This document shows positions 8,611 to 18,287 of a DNA stretch of 64,000 bases, piece after piece. Source of the stretch: Candidatus Iainarchaeum sp. (GTDB taxonomy: Archaea > Iainarchaeota > Iainarchaeia > Iainarchaeales > VGJJ01); contig JAZDJQ010000004.1 in NCBI GenBank assembly GCA_043803765.1, positions 1 through 64,000 of the forward strand. The letters are read 5' to 3'. The notes beneath the pieces are model-generated. The model was not told the DNA's origin. It was given only the letters and a program-made list of their open reading frames with translations, and made no database searches. The position numbers and the translations under genes were made by a program. Numbering within the stretch: position 1 is the stretch's first letter; each line of letters opens with the position of its first letter.

Positions 8611-9804
8611 ATGAAACACACTAAACGTGTTACTAAAACACGATGGGGGCATATTATCTCAGAGCGAGTGCAGGAACTCCCCACGAGCGAATTCGAAGAA
8701 ATAATGAAAATCGCAAAAGAAAATCCGAGCGTTATTTCACTCGGACCGGGGGAACCGGACTTTAATTCACCCCAACCGGTTATTACGGCCACCCAAAAAG
8801 CATTAGGGGAAGGAAAAACACACTACGCCAGTATCCCCGGAATCCCCGAACTGCGGGAAGCGATTGCAAAAAAATTGAAAAAAGAAAACAAAATACGATT
8901 GGAAGACCCGCTACACGAAGTGTGTGTTACAGCAGGAAGCACCGAAGGATTACTCATGGGCTTGTTGAGTGTGGTGGATGCGGGAGAAGAAGTGTTGGTT
9001 CCAAATCCGAGCTTTTTAGCATATACCCCCATGGTAGATTTGGTAACAGGAAATCCAACCCCATATAACTTAACCGACCAAGACGGATTCCAAATTCACC
9101 CAGAAGAAATAGAAGACAAAATTACTAACAAAACAAAGGCCATCATTCTAAATACACCCTCTAATCCTACGGGAACCGTATTGTCCAAGAAAGTGCTCGA
9201 AGAAATAGCGGATATTGCCGTAGAACACGAACTAATTGTCCTTGCGGATGAAGCCTACGAAAAATTCTGCTTCGGAAACGCTAAACATCACAGCATCGGC
9301 GCCCTGAACGGAATGCACGATTACGTTCTCACGTTCCAATCATTCTCCAAAACATTCGCCATGCCCGGATTTCGAATCGGATACGTAGCAGGACATCATG
9401 AACTTATCAACAAAATGTCCCAAATACACATTTACACGAGCCTAACCACGAGCACGGCCAACCAGTATGGTGCACTCAAAGCACTTGAACTGAATAAAAC
9501 CTACGTTGAAAAAATGAGAAAAAGCTACGATACAAGAAGAAAACTCGTGTTGGAACGCATTCAAGAATTGAAAACACTACACGTGGAAGTGAAACCCGAA
9601 GGAGCATTCTATGTTTTCCCCCGCATCACAACAAGAGAACGCTCAACGGATTACACCCATCGCATGCTAAAAAAAGCAAAAGTACTCATGGTACCGGGAA
9701 ACGAATTCGGAACAAAAGGAGAAGGATTCGTACGCATCAGCTATGCCACAAGCACGCAGAAAATCAATGAGGCATTCGAACGATTAGAAAAAACGGGATT
9801 TTGA
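8611..9804 (+). CDS. PLP-dependent class I/II aminotransferase (aspartate aminotransferase-like)
   Basis: GEPDF, NTPSNPTG, DEAY, SFSKTFAMPGFRIGY, PEGAFY, VRISYA. Confidence 0.95.
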   Translation: MKHTKRVTKTRWGHIISERVQELPTSEFEEIMKIAKENPSVISLGPGEPDFNSPQPVITATQKALGEGKTHYASIPGIPELREAIAKKLKKENKIRLEDPLHEVCVTAGSTEGLLMGLLSVVDAGEEVLVPNPSFLAYTPMVDLVTGNPTPYNLTDQDGFQIHPEEIEDKITNKTKAIILNTPSNPTGTVLSKKVLEEIADIAVEHELIVLADEAYEKFCFGNAKHHSIGALNGMHDYVLTFQSFSKTFAMPGFRIGYVAGHHELINKMSQIHIYTSLTTSTANQYGALKALELNKTYVEKMRKSYDTRRKLVLERIQELKTLHVEVKPEGAFYVFPRITTRERSTDYTHRMLKKAKVLMVPGNEFGTKGEGFVRISYATSTQKINEAFERLEKTGF

Positions 9805-9815
9805 AGATAATAATA

Positions 9816-9831
9816 TATATCAATTGATATA
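9816..9831. promoter_or_regulatory. perfect 16-bp palindrome, candidate operator overlapping the TATA region
   Basis: TATATCAATTGATATA, 12 nt upstream of the ATG at 9843. Confidence 0.55.
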
Positions 9832-9842
9832 CAATTTAATGC

Positions 9843-10151
9843 ATGTCTAAGACACGTATGAAAGAACAGCTTGTATTCAAACACCCCATTGACCGTTACC
9901 CACGATTGGATACCGTATTAATGATAGAAGAAACGCTCCGCAAAGCGGGAGGAGACTACACAGTAAGGCAGTTATGGCAAAAACTCCCAAAAAAAGTAAT
10001 GTGGCAGACCTACTTGACGGTATTAGACTACTTGGAGCACTCCAACAAAATCATGTTTGACAAACAAGGAAATCACCCTTTCTGGGTCAAATTAGACGGT
10101 CCATTATTGGAACGGTACAAAAAAGGATTAATGGTCGAAGCCACGCGTTAG
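9843..10151 (+). CDS. small winged-helix-like protein, putative antitoxin/regulator
   Basis: YPRLDTVLMIEETL..TVRQLWQKLPKKVMWQTYLTVLDYLEHSNKI helix pattern; abuts a RelE-like gene. Confidence 0.65.
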   Translation: MSKTRMKEQLVFKHPIDRYPRLDTVLMIEETLRKAGGDYTVRQLWQKLPKKVMWQTYLTVLDYLEHSNKIMFDKQGNHPFWVKLDGPLLERYKKGLMVEATR

Positions 10152-10489
10152 TAGTGGTGCCGCCGTTCATAGCGAGCATGGTCAAGCCATTCTAAAATAA
10201 CTCCTAATAAATCCAGCTCATGTTTTCGAATCGTATACATCATATGCCAGCCATGAGGCAAGTCAATCTTCCAGAGATTTGTAATTTTATACTCTTGAAT
10301 ATACACCTTCGGCCACAAGGATGAAGGGACTTTTACCCCATACTTGGAATCAATAACCAAACGGTCGATCGCCTTTCGAATCCAACCTGCCAATCGCTGC
10401 TCCTCAAACGTTCCTTTTTCCAGTTTTTCTAAATCCGCCTTTAGTGAAGGGTCAACAAAAACAACACGAAACGGCGTCGACATACCCAT
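10148..10489 (-). CDS. RelE/ParE-fold toxin-like protein
   Basis: N-terminal strand-helix (FRVVFVDPSLKADLEKL), LWKIDLPHGWHMMYTI, C-terminal ILEWLDHARYER; size typical of the fold. Confidence 0.6.
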   Translation of the reverse strand: MGMSTPFRVVFVDPSLKADLEKLEKGTFEEQRLAGWIRKAIDRLVIDSKYGVKVPSSLWPKVYIQEYKITNLWKIDLPHGWHMMYTIRKHELDLLGVILEWLDHARYERRHHY

Positions 10490-10860
10490 TACCCATCAAA
10501 CGCATACCGCTGCTTCAACGAAACTACCCTAGGAGAAATAACCTCAAACGCCGCCTCAAAATCATACGTATGCCTTTTCCTATTCCCTTCACAACATTCC
10601 ACCAAAGAAAGAATCATTTCTTCCACATCAACCAACTGCAACCCATAACGAGTATACTCAATCAAACCCAAACCCAATAAGTCCTGCACAACACCGCGAA
10701 CATGATATTGAAACAAACCCGTTTCCTGCGCAATCTCCCTCATCGAGATAGGACTCGTTGTGAGGGTATTCAACACACGAGCATGCCACTCCATAAACCC
10801 AATATTCTCAAAAAAATGGACACACTTCACCAATGCCTGTTCCTTAAGGGATAGACCCAT
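10489..10860 (-). CDS. winged-helix transcriptional regulator (TrmB N-terminal-like)
   Basis: PISMREIAQETGLFQYHVRGVVQDLLGLGLIE; TAATG coupling to the downstream toxin-like gene. Confidence 0.7.
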   Translation of the reverse strand: MGLSLKEQALVKCVHFFENIGFMEWHARVLNTLTTSPISMREIAQETGLFQYHVRGVVQDLLGLGLIEYTRYGLQLVDVEEMILSLVECCEGNRKRHTYDFEAAFEVISPRVVSLKQRYAFDG

Positions 10861-10882
10861 GGAACAAAAGGTGAAAACCCAT

Positions 10883-10924
10883 GTAATATAGGCATGGTTA
10901 AACGAGAATCAACCAAATGGTTGA
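10883..10924 (-). promoter_or_regulatory. promoter with TCAAC-N6-GTTGA palindrome (copy 1)
   Basis: gtaatatag..tggtt.aac.....TCAACCAAATGGTTGA; the same layout recurs at 22650-22691. Confidence 0.65.
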
Positions 10925-10975
10925 ATATGGGATGGCAAGAATGGCTTTTTTAGGTGAACCCTTCTCAACTAGGAA

Positions 10976-11962
10976 ATGAGCCGACCTATCATCGAAGCGC
11001 ATCACCTCATCAAGGAATTTCCACTCAATGAAAAAGGAAAAGGAGTATTCTCCTTCTTCCGACCTAAGAAAAAAATACTCACCGCATTAGACATCACCCG
11101 TCTCTCGATTCAAGAAGGAGAAATTGTAGGATACATTGGACCAAATGGAAGCGGAAAAAGCACGACAATCAAAATACTCACAGGAATACTCACCCCAACA
11201 CAAGGGAAAGTACGCGTAATGGATTACATTCCATGGGAACAACGGTACGAATACACGTTCAACATTGGAGTAGTATTCGGACAAAAAAGTTTGCTATGGT
11301 GGGATATTCCCCCGTATGAGTGCTTCCGATTATACAAGGAAATTTATGAAATGGATGAGAAAACATATCAAGAACGACTTATTTACCTCACTGCTCTCTT
11401 TGAAATTGATGCATTCATGCACACTCCAACACGAAAATTGTCGCTTGGACAACGAATGCGATGCGAACTCGTTGCTTCCCTTCTTCACAAACCCAAAATA
11501 CTTTTTTTAGACGAACCTACTATTGGATTGGACGTTGTAGCCAAACAACGTATGCGGGATGCCATACGTGAAATAAATGAAAAGGAAAAAACAACTGTAA
11601 TTTTGACCACGCACGATATGTATGATATTGAGGAATTAGCCCACCGCATACTCATCTTAAATGAAGGAAAAATAATCTACGATGGAACCCTCAAGGACGT
11701 AAGAGAGAAGTTTATCCACGAAAACACAATAGAATTTGAAGTTGTCCGTATTACCCAACCAAGAAAATTTGCCACCCTCATCCAGCCGCATCGTATTCAC
11801 CAAAACGGGCAAGCATTCACGATGACATTCAACAAGAAAAAATTTTCTCCAAAAAAAATACTCGATGACTTATTCGGTTGCTGTGAAATTACCCACTTTG
11901 AAGTGAATGAACCCAGTTTGGAGGATGTTGTTCGTGAAATCTACGAAACCAAGCATCCTTAA
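10976..11962 (+). CDS. ABC transporter ATP-binding protein (ABC-2 exporter)
   Basis: GPNGSGKST, LSLGQRMR, LFLDEPTIGLD, LTTHDM. Confidence 0.96.
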   Translation: MSRPIIEAHHLIKEFPLNEKGKGVFSFFRPKKKILTALDITRLSIQEGEIVGYIGPNGSGKSTTIKILTGILTPTQGKVRVMDYIPWEQRYEYTFNIGVVFGQKSLLWWDIPPYECFRLYKEIYEMDEKTYQERLIYLTALFEIDAFMHTPTRKLSLGQRMRCELVASLLHKPKILFLDEPTIGLDVVAKQRMRDAIREINEKEKTTVILTTHDMYDIEELAHRILILNEGKIIYDGTLKDVREKFIHENTIEFEVVRITQPRKFATLIQPHRIHQNGQAFTMTFNKKKFSPKKILDDLFGCCEITHFEVNEPSLEDVVREIYETKHP

Positions 11963-12749
11963 GAATATTCGACTCATGAAAGAGTGCATTCGTCTACGAT
12001 TCGCCACATACACTGAATACCGAATCAATTTCTATTTCGACATTATCATGCGCCTTCTCGAATTCGCTCTTTTCTTCATAATGTGGCAATCCATATTAGG
12101 AGCCAATGGAAATATCCCAGGATGGGACATTCAATCACTTTTTGTACTGTACTCATTTGAAAACATCTTCCTTTCACTTCTCATTACCTTCATGTGGAGC
12201 ACGACAGGAGCATGGAAAAACATCCACGAAGGAAGAATTGACAAATACCTATGCCGACCAACAAATGTGTGGCTAATGGTAGTAGGAGAACGAATGGGAA
12301 TGGCATTTGGCGGATACTTCGTTGGGTTTGCAGGGCTACTGCTAAGTCAACTATTCTTTGGAATTAACCTCGTTCAACCTGCTCTTATTTTTGGAGTTAT
12401 TCTTATCGTAATATCTATTTTCATCTCCACATTATTCGCCCTGATGATTGCCACATTGTCGTTTTGGTTAGGAAAAATAGAATTCATTAATTCAATTTTC
12501 GAATCCCTCATGGAATTCGACCAGTTTCCACAAACCATTTTCCCATGGCAAATCCAAACAATACTCTCTATCACTATTCCATTCCTATTCGCCCACACGC
12601 TCCCAGCTCTTGCTATCCTAGGACGCATCTCCTTGTATGAAATGGGCGGATGGATTCTCATTGGATTAGGAATTGCGTGCATTAATTGGATAGGATTCTC
12701 TATTTTATGGAAAAAGGGAGTGAAACGCTATGAAGCTCATGGGGGGTAG
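11907..12749 (+). CDS. ABC-2 family permease
   Basis: About six TM helices, EYRINF, GRIDKYLCRP, FPQTIFP, GVKRYEAHGG. Confidence 0.88.
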   Translation: MNPVWRMLFVKSTKPSILKNIRLMKECIRLRFATYTEYRINFYFDIIMRLLEFALFFIMWQSILGANGNIPGWDIQSLFVLYSFENIFLSLLITFMWSTTGAWKNIHEGRIDKYLCRPTNVWLMVVGERMGMAFGGYFVGFAGLLLSQLFFGINLVQPALIFGVILIVISIFISTLFALMIATLSFWLGKIEFINSIFESLMEFDQFPQTIFPWQIQTILSITIPFLFAHTLPALAILGRISLYEMGGWILIGLGIACINWIGFSILWKKGVKRYEAHGG

Positions 12750-13536
12750 TAGAAAATACTGGTATCTTTTTCGGCTCAAATTAATGGAATATTTGACATT
12801 CCCACTAGACTTTCTCGCCAATTGGGCCAGCTTCCCATTCACTATGATTGTATACTATTTCCTTTACAACACTGTATACGAATTCAACCCATCATTTGCA
12901 AACATGACACTCCCAACGCTGATGGTGTATTTTTTCTTTACACTCTGTTTCAGACGAATGGGAAATCACTCCGGAATAGCCAATGATGTGAATGAAGATA
13001 TTCAAAAGGGACGTTTTCTCTCCTATATCACGAGACCAATGCATTACATCGGATACTCCTTCGCCATCAAAAGTTCAACAGTGGTTGTTCAGGCATTGAT
13101 GGCGTTACCCTTTATCATCATCGTGCCCTATCTCGTTATTCCACAGTATACGTTAGACGTGACCACGCTCCTCCAAGCCTATTTTCTCGCTCTCCTAGGG
13201 TTTGGGGTGACATTTCAGATCTATTACATGGTAGGGTTGCTCACATTCTGGTTTGAAGCAATATGGGGAATACGCCACACAATTGGATTAATGGTGTGGT
13301 TATTCTCGGGAGCCATTGTTCCCATATCTATCCTGCCAACCTTCCTCCAAGGAACAGCATTACTCCTCCCATTCCAACATCAAGCAGGAATACCCGCTCA
13401 ACTTCTTCTCGGGCAAAAAACAACAGGAGACTTCATCCTCTCCACCATCATTTTAACAGGATGGATAATTGGATTGTTCATCATTCAAAGGTATGTATGG
13501 AAGAAAGGACTACAAAAACATGACGGGAAAGGATAA
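12730..13536 (+). CDS. ABC-2 family permease
   Basis: DIQKGRFLSYITRP, FSGAIVPISILP, LLPFQ, WKKGLQKH. Confidence 0.88.
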   Translation: MKLMGGSRKYWYLFRLKLMEYLTFPLDFLANWASFPFTMIVYYFLYNTVYEFNPSFANMTLPTLMVYFFFTLCFRRMGNHSGIANDVNEDIQKGRFLSYITRPMHYIGYSFAIKSSTVVVQALMALPFIIIVPYLVIPQYTLDVTTLLQAYFLALLGFGVTFQIYYMVGLLTFWFEAIWGIRHTIGLMVWLFSGAIVPISILPTFLQGTALLLPFQHQAGIPAQLLLGQKTTGDFILSTIILTGWIIGLFIIQRYVWKKGLQKHDGKG

Positions 13537-13586
13537 TACCGTTCAACAACTAAGATGGGATTAAAAACACGAAGAAAAACACATTA

Positions 13587-14573
13587 ATGATGGTTAAACA
13601 CTGGCACCTCGCATCGTTTAACCCCTCTTTTTCACGCAAAGTAGAAGCATTCTTTCAAAAAAACAAAATCAAAACGAATCCACTACGAGACCAAACATAC
13701 TTGCTTTATTGCGAGGAAAAACTACTCGCAACGAGGAAAATAGCCCCTTTTCTTATCACCGCGCAACAAGTAAAAAAATTCCAAAACGAATCAAAAATAA
13801 AAGAATACATCCAAAAAAAATCCGCACAAGGAAAAAAATACGCACTACGCGCATGGATACTCGACCATTCGCAAAATAGCGGAAGAGACATCGAAGTAAA
13901 ACTAGGAAAAGCAATCGAAAAAAAAGGAGTAATCATGGACCCGCACAACGAGGAAAACATTTGGTTTATTCTCAAAAGAGAAAACGAATGGTTTATTCCA
14001 CCCCGCGCACTATCCGTAGAATCGCATCCTTTCCCCCTCATCGATTACCGCATCATCGAAAAAGGCTTCGTTACACGGAGCGGACAAAAACTAAAATTCC
14101 TATTACACCACTTCCAACTCGACCCCAAAAACAAAATAGGAGTAGACTTAGGAAGTGGAAAAGGAGGATGGACCGAATTACTCATACAAAAAGGAGCCAA
14201 AAAAATATACGCCATCGACAAAACAAAACTGGACAAAAAAATCCAAAAAAACAAAAAAGTAATTTATTTCCATCAAAAAGCAGAAGAAACCCCAAAATTA
14301 AAAGAAAAACCTAATTTCATCGTAATGGACATCAACGTGAACCCGGAACACGCAAAAAAAATATTCACCCAATTCGACAAAAAAAACCCGGGAGCAACCC
14401 ACGCCATTATCACCCAAAAAATAGTACGAGGAAAAGACTTGGACAAATTACCCAAAAAAGGAGACACATGGGGAAAATGGAAACTGTTAAACGTACGAAA
14501 CAGCTGGTTCGCGCGAAGAGAATGCTACGCTGGATTAGTGAAATCCAAAAAGATTACAGAGACGCAAATATAA
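13587..14573 (+). CDS. FtsJ/RlmM-like SAM-dependent RNA 2'-O-methyltransferase with THUMP-like N-terminus
   Basis: TRSGQKL, GVDLGSGKGGWT, YAID, VMDIN, TQKI, RRECY give a K-D-K-E tetrad. Confidence 0.8.
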   Translation: MMVKHWHLASFNPSFSRKVEAFFQKNKIKTNPLRDQTYLLYCEEKLLATRKIAPFLITAQQVKKFQNESKIKEYIQKKSAQGKKYALRAWILDHSQNSGRDIEVKLGKAIEKKGVIMDPHNEENIWFILKRENEWFIPPRALSVESHPFPLIDYRIIEKGFVTRSGQKLKFLLHHFQLDPKNKIGVDLGSGKGGWTELLIQKGAKKIYAIDKTKLDKKIQKNKKVIYFHQKAEETPKLKEKPNFIVMDINVNPEHAKKIFTQFDKKNPGATHAIITQKIVRGKDLDKLPKKGDTWGKWKLLNVRNSWFARRECYAGLVKSKKITETQI

Positions 14574-14596
14574 ACTGCCCCACGCAAAAATAGTCA

Positions 14597-15787
14597 ATGA
14601 ATTCCATTCTAAACCAATGGTCACTCACCATCTGGAAAATATACGCATACGAGTTTCTCAAAGGACTACATTTCTTTGGAGCCATCCTTATCCCATTTTT
14701 TACCGAGTGGGGGCATCTTAACTATGAACAAATATTCCTCCTCCAATCATGGTTCCTTTTCTGGATATTCTTATTAGAAATTCCTACCGGAAGCTTTGCC
14801 GACCGATTCGGAAGAAAATACTCGCTTGCATTAGGAGGAATACTCAATGCACTAGGAGCACTCCTCTATATTGCTGCCCCACGATTTGAAGTTTTCTTGT
14901 TAGCCGAATTCGTATGGGCGTTATCCTGCGCATTCACTTCAGGAGCAGACGAGGCCATCCTGTACGACACGCTCAAGTCGGAAAAAAAAGAAAATCAAGC
15001 CAAATCAGCTTTTTCATGGAAGGAGAGCATTGGACTCATTGCAATTGGAATTGGAAGCACGATTGGAAGCCTCACAATAATACCATTCGGATTAACATTT
15101 CCCTATTTTCTCACAGCAGGAGTATTATTCCTATCTGGACTCCTCGCCATCACAATTAAGGAACCCAAAATCATTTCCAAAAAACAAAAACCCGCATTAT
15201 TCACCATAATGAAAGAAGGATTAGGATACATCCGCGGACACAAAACCCTGCAAATACTAGCATTTGACATGATATCCCTGTCCGTTGTATCGTATTTTAT
15301 GATATGGTTATTCCAACCATTAATACAAAATGCAGGAGTCAGCATCGCCTACTTTGGACTCGTTCATACAGGAATTATCATTGCAGAAGTTGGATTGCTC
15401 GCATTATACCCTCGAATAGAAAAAAAACTAGGAAAAAAAAGAAAATTATTATTCTACACGAGCATTCTCACGGGAGTATTTTTCATCATCGCAGGCATAA
15501 CCACCAATATCCCACTACTACTGCTCGCGATCTTCCTAGGAGGAGGAATCGGACTCACACGCAGACCTATCCTAATGGCATACATGCAACATTACATTCC
15601 TTCTGACAAACGCGCCACGATTGGATCAGGAATATCCATGCTACGAACACTATCCATCGCAGGAGCTAACCTAATCGTAGGAAAACTAGCCGAATGGAAC
15701 ATACCCAACACCATGATAATACTAGGGGCAGCCGCCATCGCGTTTGCGATGATATCAAAAGTAGAAGAGGAGCAGCTCATCGGATGA
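14597..15787 (+). CDS. MFS transporter
   Basis: LEIPTGSFADRFGRK, SGADEAILYDTL, PSDKRATIGS; about 12 TM helices. Confidence 0.93.
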   Translation: MNSILNQWSLTIWKIYAYEFLKGLHFFGAILIPFFTEWGHLNYEQIFLLQSWFLFWIFLLEIPTGSFADRFGRKYSLALGGILNALGALLYIAAPRFEVFLLAEFVWALSCAFTSGADEAILYDTLKSEKKENQAKSAFSWKESIGLIAIGIGSTIGSLTIIPFGLTFPYFLTAGVLFLSGLLAITIKEPKIISKKQKPALFTIMKEGLGYIRGHKTLQILAFDMISLSVVSYFMIWLFQPLIQNAGVSIAYFGLVHTGIIIAEVGLLALYPRIEKKLGKKRKLLFYTSILTGVFFIIAGITTNIPLLLLAIFLGGGIGLTRRPILMAYMQHYIPSDKRATIGSGISMLRTLSIAGANLIVGKLAEWNIPNTMIILGAAAIAFAMISKVEEEQLIG

Positions 15788-15865
15788 AATAATAACATGT
15801 TGATTTACCACTGCTTGCCGGGTTTCTACCTTTGCTTATAAAAAGAATAGGCATCTAATCAGCAT

Positions 15866-17128
15866 ATGCAAATTGGAATTGGGATAAGTAACCTTTCAGA
15901 CCCAGTTTGTGCGACGCAAAAAGCAATTGAAAAATCGATAAATGGAATTGAGGGACCTCCAAAAGCAGTTATTTTCTTAACTACTATTCAATATAAATTT
16001 AATGACGGATTTTCAAAATCATTAAAAAAAATAGTTGAATACTTTCCAAATGCAGAAATAATTGGGGGAACGGTAGCTGGATTTGCTAGCCGGGAGGGTA
16101 TTTTTACAAAAGGCGTTGCAATCGTGGTCATAAATGGCGAGGATGTTGATGTATCCATTGGTATCGGCCACAACACTAAAAAATCGCCAGATATAGCTGG
16201 AAAAAATTGTGCCAGAATGATAAAGAATGGATTAAAAAAGACAAAATTTCCTAATAAATTCTTTTTTATGATTCTTTCTAGTGCAATCGTGCCAGATTTA
16301 CCAATAATACGTAGAAAGAGGATCATCGAAGGCTTCCCTTTTATTAATCAAGCAGTCAACATTTTTGATAGGGTTTCTAGTATTCTTCAGGTTGGTTCTG
16401 GAAAGGACGAATCAGTACTATCCTCTGTAAGTGAAGAGCTTGGTGATTTTTCTGGAATTGGAGGAGCGTCTAGTGACGATTTAAAATTAGAAGAAAATTA
16501 CCAATTTTTTAAGAATCGGTTTTTTACGAATTCAGTAGTGTGTCTTGGGATAGCCACAAAGGTAAGTGGTGATGTTAAAACATCTTTTGGGTTAAAACCT
16601 ACTGGGAAAAAGTTTGCGATTACAGAAACTTCAGTAAGCAAGTATATTGTGAAAAAAATAAATGGTCACAGTGCGGTTGGAGAATATTTAAAGATAATGG
16701 GATGGAATAAAAAAGTGTTGGATGACAGACTGTATAGGAAGGTTTTTTATTTTCCATTTGTTGAAAATGGAATTATTGAAAGAGAAATTCAACCTCGAAT
16801 GTTTGGACTCATATATGGGGAAAATTTTGTTTTCCCAATGAAAGCTAGTAGCGGGAATCTTGAGATTTATCAATCTTCTGGAAAAGATATTATTGAATCA
16901 AATCGAAACGTTGTTGGGGTTGGAAAAAAATCTGGGTTAATAGTATCGTGCGCTACACGATTGGAAACTCTTGGTGGAAAAACTTATAAGATTAAGGAGC
17001 AAGTTTATGACAAATTGTTAGATGATTATTTGATTGTTTATACAGCAGGGGAATATTCTAAACAAAAGGGAGAGAATGCGAGATGTCTTTATCAAAGTGA
17101 TAATGCGTTATTATTTGGACTGCATTAG
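15866..17128 (+). CDS. FIST N/C-domain sensory protein
   Basis: IIGGTVAG, GIGGASSDD..ENYQF, IVKKING, IVSCATR, YTAGEY; low GC. Confidence 0.85.
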   Translation: MQIGIGISNLSDPVCATQKAIEKSINGIEGPPKAVIFLTTIQYKFNDGFSKSLKKIVEYFPNAEIIGGTVAGFASREGIFTKGVAIVVINGEDVDVSIGIGHNTKKSPDIAGKNCARMIKNGLKKTKFPNKFFFMILSSAIVPDLPIIRRKRIIEGFPFINQAVNIFDRVSSILQVGSGKDESVLSSVSEELGDFSGIGGASSDDLKLEENYQFFKNRFFTNSVVCLGIATKVSGDVKTSFGLKPTGKKFAITETSVSKYIVKKINGHSAVGEYLKIMGWNKKVLDDRLYRKVFYFPFVENGIIEREIQPRMFGLIYGENFVFPMKASSGNLEIYQSSGKDIIESNRNVVGVGKKSGLIVSCATRLETLGGKTYKIKEQVYDKLLDDYLIVYTAGEYSKQKGENARCLYQSDNALLFGLH

Positions 17129-18253
17129 TAATTTGCACAATTCGATTTGTTCATCTATTTTTCTATTTGAAAATTCTAAAATAGATTTCATGTTTAATAG
17201 GCCACTACACAAGGTAAACAAAGAAAGACTGTTGTCAATATTCTTCTCAAAAAGTTTTCCCATAATCTCATTAAGTTTAATATTTTCATTCCATTGGGGA
17301 AGATTCGACTCAATATAATGACTATATGATTGAATGTCCCTATTTTCTGCAAAAAAAATTCCAGCAGCATTTCCAGCAATGATGGCAGGCAGAATCCCTT
17401 CAATGAGTGGTTTAAAATTGATATTTGCTGCATCTCCACAAAATGGAATGTCGCCGACTCTCATTATTTTGGGACCCCCCCCAAAACGAGCTGATTTTGA
17501 TTGTTCAGCTATAAAATTTGCATGTTTAAACTGATTCAGAAATGGTTTTGATCTAATCATAGAAAAAAGTTTCTTCTTGAGTGACGCTAAACTACAATTT
17601 ACTTCACCAACTCCAATATTGGCGGATGAAGTAGTTTTAGGAAAAATGTAGCCGTACCCATTAGCAAAATTTTTTGAAAAAATAACTTGCTCGTAATCTG
17701 GCTCTTCTAAATCAATTTGGTTGACCTTCCAAGAACAGACATTTATGAGATCAGTCCCATCAAGCTTAAAATCTAACTCTTGAAGAAATTTTGAATCAGC
17801 CCCGTCACAAAATAGAATCTTTTTTGAATTAAAAAATATTTCTTTTCCACCCACTTTTGCTAAAACTTTATAGTTATTGTCATTTTTAAAAAAAGAAATT
17901 ACCTCATGACCAAATAAGATGACCGCACCTGATTTAATTGCGCAATCGCATAGCCATTTTTCTAAGTCTATTCGATCAATAGTGAACCCTTCATAGTAAC
18001 TTCCTTTTTGTATAATATCGAAATTGTCATGCCAAAAATGAACCCCTTTTATTTCTCGTCGAAAAATATTTTTTGGAATTTTGTATGGTAGAAATGGTAA
18101 AAGAAATTTGCCTATCCCTTCTGCACATCGAACGGGATACCCTGGGCTCTCCTTTCTTTCAATACAAAGAACTTGCAACCCTCTTTTGGAAGCAGAAAGC
18201 GCCGCTGACAATCCGCACGGGCCCCCACCAACAATTAACAAATCATACTGCAT
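17111..18253 (-). CDS. geranylgeranyl reductase-family FAD oxidoreductase
   Basis: DLLIVGGGPCG, CAEG, IDR..LEKWL, DGADS, GYGYIFPK, ANIGVG, GDAA. Confidence 0.88.
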   Translation of the reverse strand: MQYDLLIVGGGPCGLSAALSASKRGLQVLCIERKESPGYPVRCAEGIGKFLLPFLPYKIPKNIFRREIKGVHFWHDNFDIIQKGSYYEGFTIDRIDLEKWLCDCAIKSGAVILFGHEVISFFKNDNNYKVLAKVGGKEIFFNSKKILFCDGADSKFLQELDFKLDGTDLINVCSWKVNQIDLEEPDYEQVIFSKNFANGYGYIFPKTTSSANIGVGEVNCSLASLKKKLFSMIRSKPFLNQFKHANFIAEQSKSARFGGGPKIMRVGDIPFCGDAANINFKPLIEGILPAIIAGNAAGIFFAENRDIQSYSHYIESNLPQWNENIKLNEIMGKLFEKNIDNSLSLFTLCSGLLNMKSILEFSNRKIDEQIELCKLLMQSK

Positions 18254-18287
18254 TCATATGATTAGTGTATTGACATTATATTTATTC

